A stretch of DNA of 64,000 nt from Nitrospirota bacterium (GTDB taxonomy: Bacteria > Nitrospirota > Nitrospiria > Nitrospirales > Nitrospiraceae). A program made the position numbers and the translations under genes. This document shows positions 63,898 through 64,000 of the stretch, in pieces. The DNA lies in assembly GCA_963701855.1 (NCBI GenBank), contig CAVPBK010000004.1:224001-288000 (forward strand), written 5' to 3'. How positions within the stretch are numbered: position 1 is the stretch's first letter; each line of letters begins with the position of its first letter. The notes under the pieces are model-generated. The model ran no database searches and was not told where the DNA came from. It saw only the letters and a list, made by a program, of their open reading frames with translations.

Positions 63898-64000
63898 AAC
63901 CATATGGATATGAGGGGATACGAATGAATCATCGATGGAAATTTATGCAACATAGTGGGGTCGCTATGGTCGTGGGTCTGTTTGCCCTCTCGCTAATCAC

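Overview
This window looks like a Nitrospira-type chromosome segment. That assignment is inferred from recurring small-protein families and repeats I recognise, not from a marker gene. It has five parts. (1) 1-4.3 kb: a minus-strand operon of a GT4 glycosyltransferase, two MFS transporters and a BON-domain protein. (2) 4.3-12.6 kb: a decayed accessory zone with IS3 relics, pseudogenes, small Cys-motif ORFs and an RxxxxH (HEPN-like) orphan. (3) 12.6-37.8 kb: a co-oriented minus-strand carbohydrate/energy island (tkt, DUF2945, Mo-oxidoreductase, tal, pgm relic, RND+MFP, glgP, glgX, HAD relic, xfp, P-type H+-ATPase, ppk2, zwf, pgi). Three of its genes carry frameshifts. (4) 38-57 kb: a mosaic of small genes. 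It includes an unannotated RiPP-like precursor with a lasso-type leader coupled to a PqqD/RRE gene, a tRNA-Ala-like att relic, an ExeA-like ATPase, MITE-like repeats, and at least eight co-oriented broken thermonuclease fragments separated by unrelated cargo. (5) 57-64 kb: a phosphorelay (hybrid kinase, Hpt, REC-GGDEF, REC-Zn domain), yqeY and a broken lipoprotein gene. I found no rRNA, intact tRNA or CRISPR array. All family assignments come from motif recognition by eye; no database search was run.
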